DNA of 64,000 nucleotides. It comes from Hypanus sabinus (lineage: Eukaryota). The stretch lies in the NCBI RefSeq assembly GCF_030144855.1, contig NC_082712.1:137020001-137084000 (forward strand). The letters are read 5' to 3'. Shown piece by piece: positions 61,201 to 64,000 of this stretch (positions are counted from its first letter, which is position 1; each line of letters opens with the position of its first letter). Under the pieces are notes generated by a model that ran no database searches, was not told the origin of the DNA, and saw only the letters and a program-made list of their open reading frames with translations. Both the position numbers and the translations under genes were made by a program.

Positions 61201-63919
61201 TACGGAAGAACAGAAGGGATTAGGTATGCCTTTTACATCGAAGGAGGTTGAAGAAGCTCTAGGATCACTTCAAAGTAATAAATCTCCAGAAGATGGTTTT
61301 CTGCCTGAATTTTATAAAAAATTTAAAGATTTATTAATTCCTCCCTTTATGGAGTTAATACATCAAGCGGAAAGAACGCATAAACTTCCAGAATCTTTTT
61401 CAACAGCTATTTTAACAGTATTGCCAAAAAAAGATAGAGATCTTTTAAAACCAGCATCATATAGACCCATTTCTTTATTAAACGCTGATTATAAAATAAT
61501 AGCAAAAATCTTATCTAATAGATTATCTAAATGCTTACCAAAATTAGTGCATATGGATCAAACAGGATTTATTGAAAATAGACAATCGGCAGATAATGTA
61601 ACCCGGTTACTTAGTATAATCCATTTAGCGCAAAAGAGGGAGGAAACGAGTGTGGCAGTTGCTTTAGATGCAGAAAAAGCATTTGATAGATTGGAATGGG
61701 ATTTTTTATTTAAGGTATTGGAGAAATATGGATTAGGAACATCATTTATAAAATGGATTAAAACCTTAAATACTAATCCCAAAGCTAAAGTAATGACAAA
61801 TGGTCAAATTTCAACATCATTTCAGTTAACAAGATCAACTAGGCAAGGCTGTCCGTTATCACCTGCTTTGTTTGTGTTGGCAATGGAGCCACTAGCTGAA
61901 TTAATTAGAATGGACCCAGATATTAAGGGTTTCAGAGTTAATCAGGAATACAAGATTAACTTATTTGCTGATGATGTTTTACTTTATTTAACAGATCCAT
62001 TACATTCATTACGCAAATTATCTTATAGATTAGAAGAACATGGGAAAATATCAGGCTATAAAATAAATTGGGATAAAAGTGAAATTTTACCTCTTACTAT
62101 AGTCAATGTCGATTAATAACTCAATTTAGATGGCCGGCAAATGGTATAAAATATTTAGGTATAAGAGTTGATAATGACATAAAAAACTTATACAAATTAA
62201 ATTATTCACCACTTTTGAAAAAAATTCAGGAAGATCTTGATAAATGGATGGCACTACCAATAACATTAGTAGGTAAAGTAAATACTATAAAAATGAATAT
62301 ATTCCCTAGACTACAATATTTATTTCAATCATTACCAATACAATTACCCCAGAAGTTTTTTCAAGAGTTAAACAAATATGTGAGGAAGTTTCTCTGGAAA
62401 GGTAAGATGTCAAGAATATCGTTGGAAAAACTGACATGGAAATTTGATCTAGGAGGGTTACAACTTCCAAATTTTAAGAATTATTATAAAGCAAATCAAC
62501 TTAGATTTATTGCATCTTTTTTCGAGAAAGATAAGCCAGCATGGATTAGAATAGAACTAGATAAAATAGGAGAAAACGTACCAGAAGATTTTATATATAA
62601 ATGGGAATCTAAATGGATACAGGAAAAGAAAGAATCTTTTATATTAAAACATTTGATTGACCTATGGAATAAGATAAATGTTGATGAGGAGACAAAAAAA
62701 TCTTTACTAGCAAAGAGTTCTTTAATTCAAAATAGACTTATTCCTTTTACAATGGACAATCAACTTTTATATAATTGGTTTCAAAAAGGGATTACATATA
62801 TAGGAGATTGTTTTGAAGGAGGTATATTAATGTCATTTGATCAATTAAAGAATAAATATAAAGTAACACTTTATTTTGTTACTTTCAACTAAGGGCTTAT
62901 TTAAGAGAAAAATTAGGTCAAACAATGTTATTGCCGAAATCTTATGAAATAGAAATTTTAATTCAAAAAGGAAAGATTAAAAAATTTATATCTTTTATGT
63001 ATAACTTGATTCAAAAACAGGCAATTAAACAAGGAGTCCATAAGTCAAGACAAAAATGGGAAAGTGATTTGAATATTAAAATTGAAGAAACAAATTGGTC
63101 AAGACTATGTCTTGATAGTATGACAAATACAATAAATGTTTGGTTAAGATTAGTGCAATATAATTTTCTACATCAATTATATATTACACCACAAAAAATA
63201 AATAAATTAAATCCAAATTTATCTGATCAGTGTTTTCAATGTAACCAAGAAACTGGTACTTTTTTTTTACATTCTACATGGTCTTGTTCTAAAATTCAAC
63301 CTTTTTGGACAAATTTAAGACTTCTACTGGGACAAATTACAGGAACACAACTTCCTCATAATCCAATATTACTCTTATTAGGTGATATTGAAGGGATAAA
63401 ACCGAAACTCAAACTAAATAAATATCAGAAAGAATTCATAAAAATTGCACTGGCAGTAGCCAAAAAAGCTATTGCAGTTCCTTGGAAATCCGATACATAC
63501 TTAAGTATAGATCGTTGGAAGAAGGAAATTTATGGCTGTATTCCACTTGAAAAAATTACTTACAATTTAAGAGATAAATATGAAACATTTTTGAAAATTT
63601 GGCGCCCTTACTTACAAAAGACAGGATTAAATATATAGGTGCTCCGAAGATGAAATAATTGGTTATTTGGGGAAATAAATAAATAAATATATTTAAGTTA
63701 TTACGAACTCCATGGAGCATGTGGGGATCTTCCGATATCCAGGCATTCTTTCTTTTTTTTTCTTTTTTTTTCCTTTCTTTCTTTTTTTCATATATAGGGA
63801 TGTTGGGGGGGGGTTAAGGGGAGGGGGGAAGGGTATATTTTTTTTTCATATATTTTCTTTATTTCTGTAATTATTTGAAAACTCATTAAAAAAAATTATG
63901 AAAAAACAAGAGAAAAAAA
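58207..63919 (+). mobile_element. Full-length L1-type LINE, about 5.7 kb (ORF1, ORF2 EN-RT-CCHC), with several frameshifts and stops
   Basis: 15-bp TSD aagattctccattgg at 58192-58206 and 63920-63934; G-rich 5' end; ORF1 (LENFSRRNNIKIVGL); EN (FLQETHL, GGDFN, SDHSPL); RT (TRQGCPLSP, LFADD); A-rich tail. Confidence 0.95.
59982..63638 (+). pseudogene. L1 ORF2 in broken segments (59982-60890, 61124-62116, 62215-62892, 62925-63638)
   Basis: EN, RT and C-terminal CFQC..H..WSC domains are collinear in different frames. Confidence 0.9.
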
Positions 63920-64000
63920 AAGATTCTCCATTGGAATCACATGTTGCCCCTGGGGCGAGATGTACAGGTAGAGCAGGAGCCTGAGATGCCAGCTGCACCT

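Larger units (their letters stand above)
54212..64000 (+). mobile_element. Gypsy LTR retrotransposon with PNMA/Ma-like Gag; continues beyond the window; interrupted by a full-length L1
   Basis: 5' LTR 54212-54821 (tgta...taca); tRNA-Pro-type PBS tggggtgctcgttccgggat; Gag (EKRQRLVESL..YQEEGEKLSAYLFRLE, CYNCGEEDHLRRDC); protease; integrase (HDDSGHLG, IDFLAIEP, TTPYHPQG, GYSPYYLMFG). Confidence 0.88.

Noticed and set aside
1-64000. rRNA, true tRNA genes and CRISPR arrays
   Set aside because: None seen; tRNA-like B-boxes occur only in SINE heads, and the PBS motifs are parts of retroelements.

Overview
Repeat-rich vertebrate genomic DNA, probably a cartilaginous fish (shark/ray; inferred from HE1-like SINEs, CR1, Penelope termini and a B7-H6-like gene). 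Most of the window is transposon debris: two internally deleted BEL/Pao LTR elements plus a solo LTR, two L1-type LINEs with target-site duplications (one full length), CR1, Rex1 and Penelope fragments, three Gypsy remnants, and hAT, Tigger and Harbinger elements. The main host feature is a multi-exon immunoglobulin-superfamily gene on the minus strand (46804 to 30654). I assembled it by hand from AG/GT-bounded exons that are all phase 1. Its order is an NCR3LG1/B7-H6-like V domain, a C1 domain, a transmembrane exon, four more C1-like Ig domains, a 21-nt micro-exon, three tandemly duplicated 45-nt micro-exons, and a final Ig-like domain ending in a stop, about 900 aa without the leader. If spliced in genomic order, five Ig-fold domains are cytoplasmic. 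Three of these five have lost the canonical disulfide, while both extracellular domains keep it. This is the most striking candidate for an undescribed system here. A second minus-strand gene starts at a CpG island (signal-peptide exon 13404-13329, with an IRF-type motif and a GC box), and a BEL element sits about 200 bp upstream of it. All exon calls rest on sequence reading alone, with no transcript data or database searches. Most repeat boundaries without a stated TSD are approximate.
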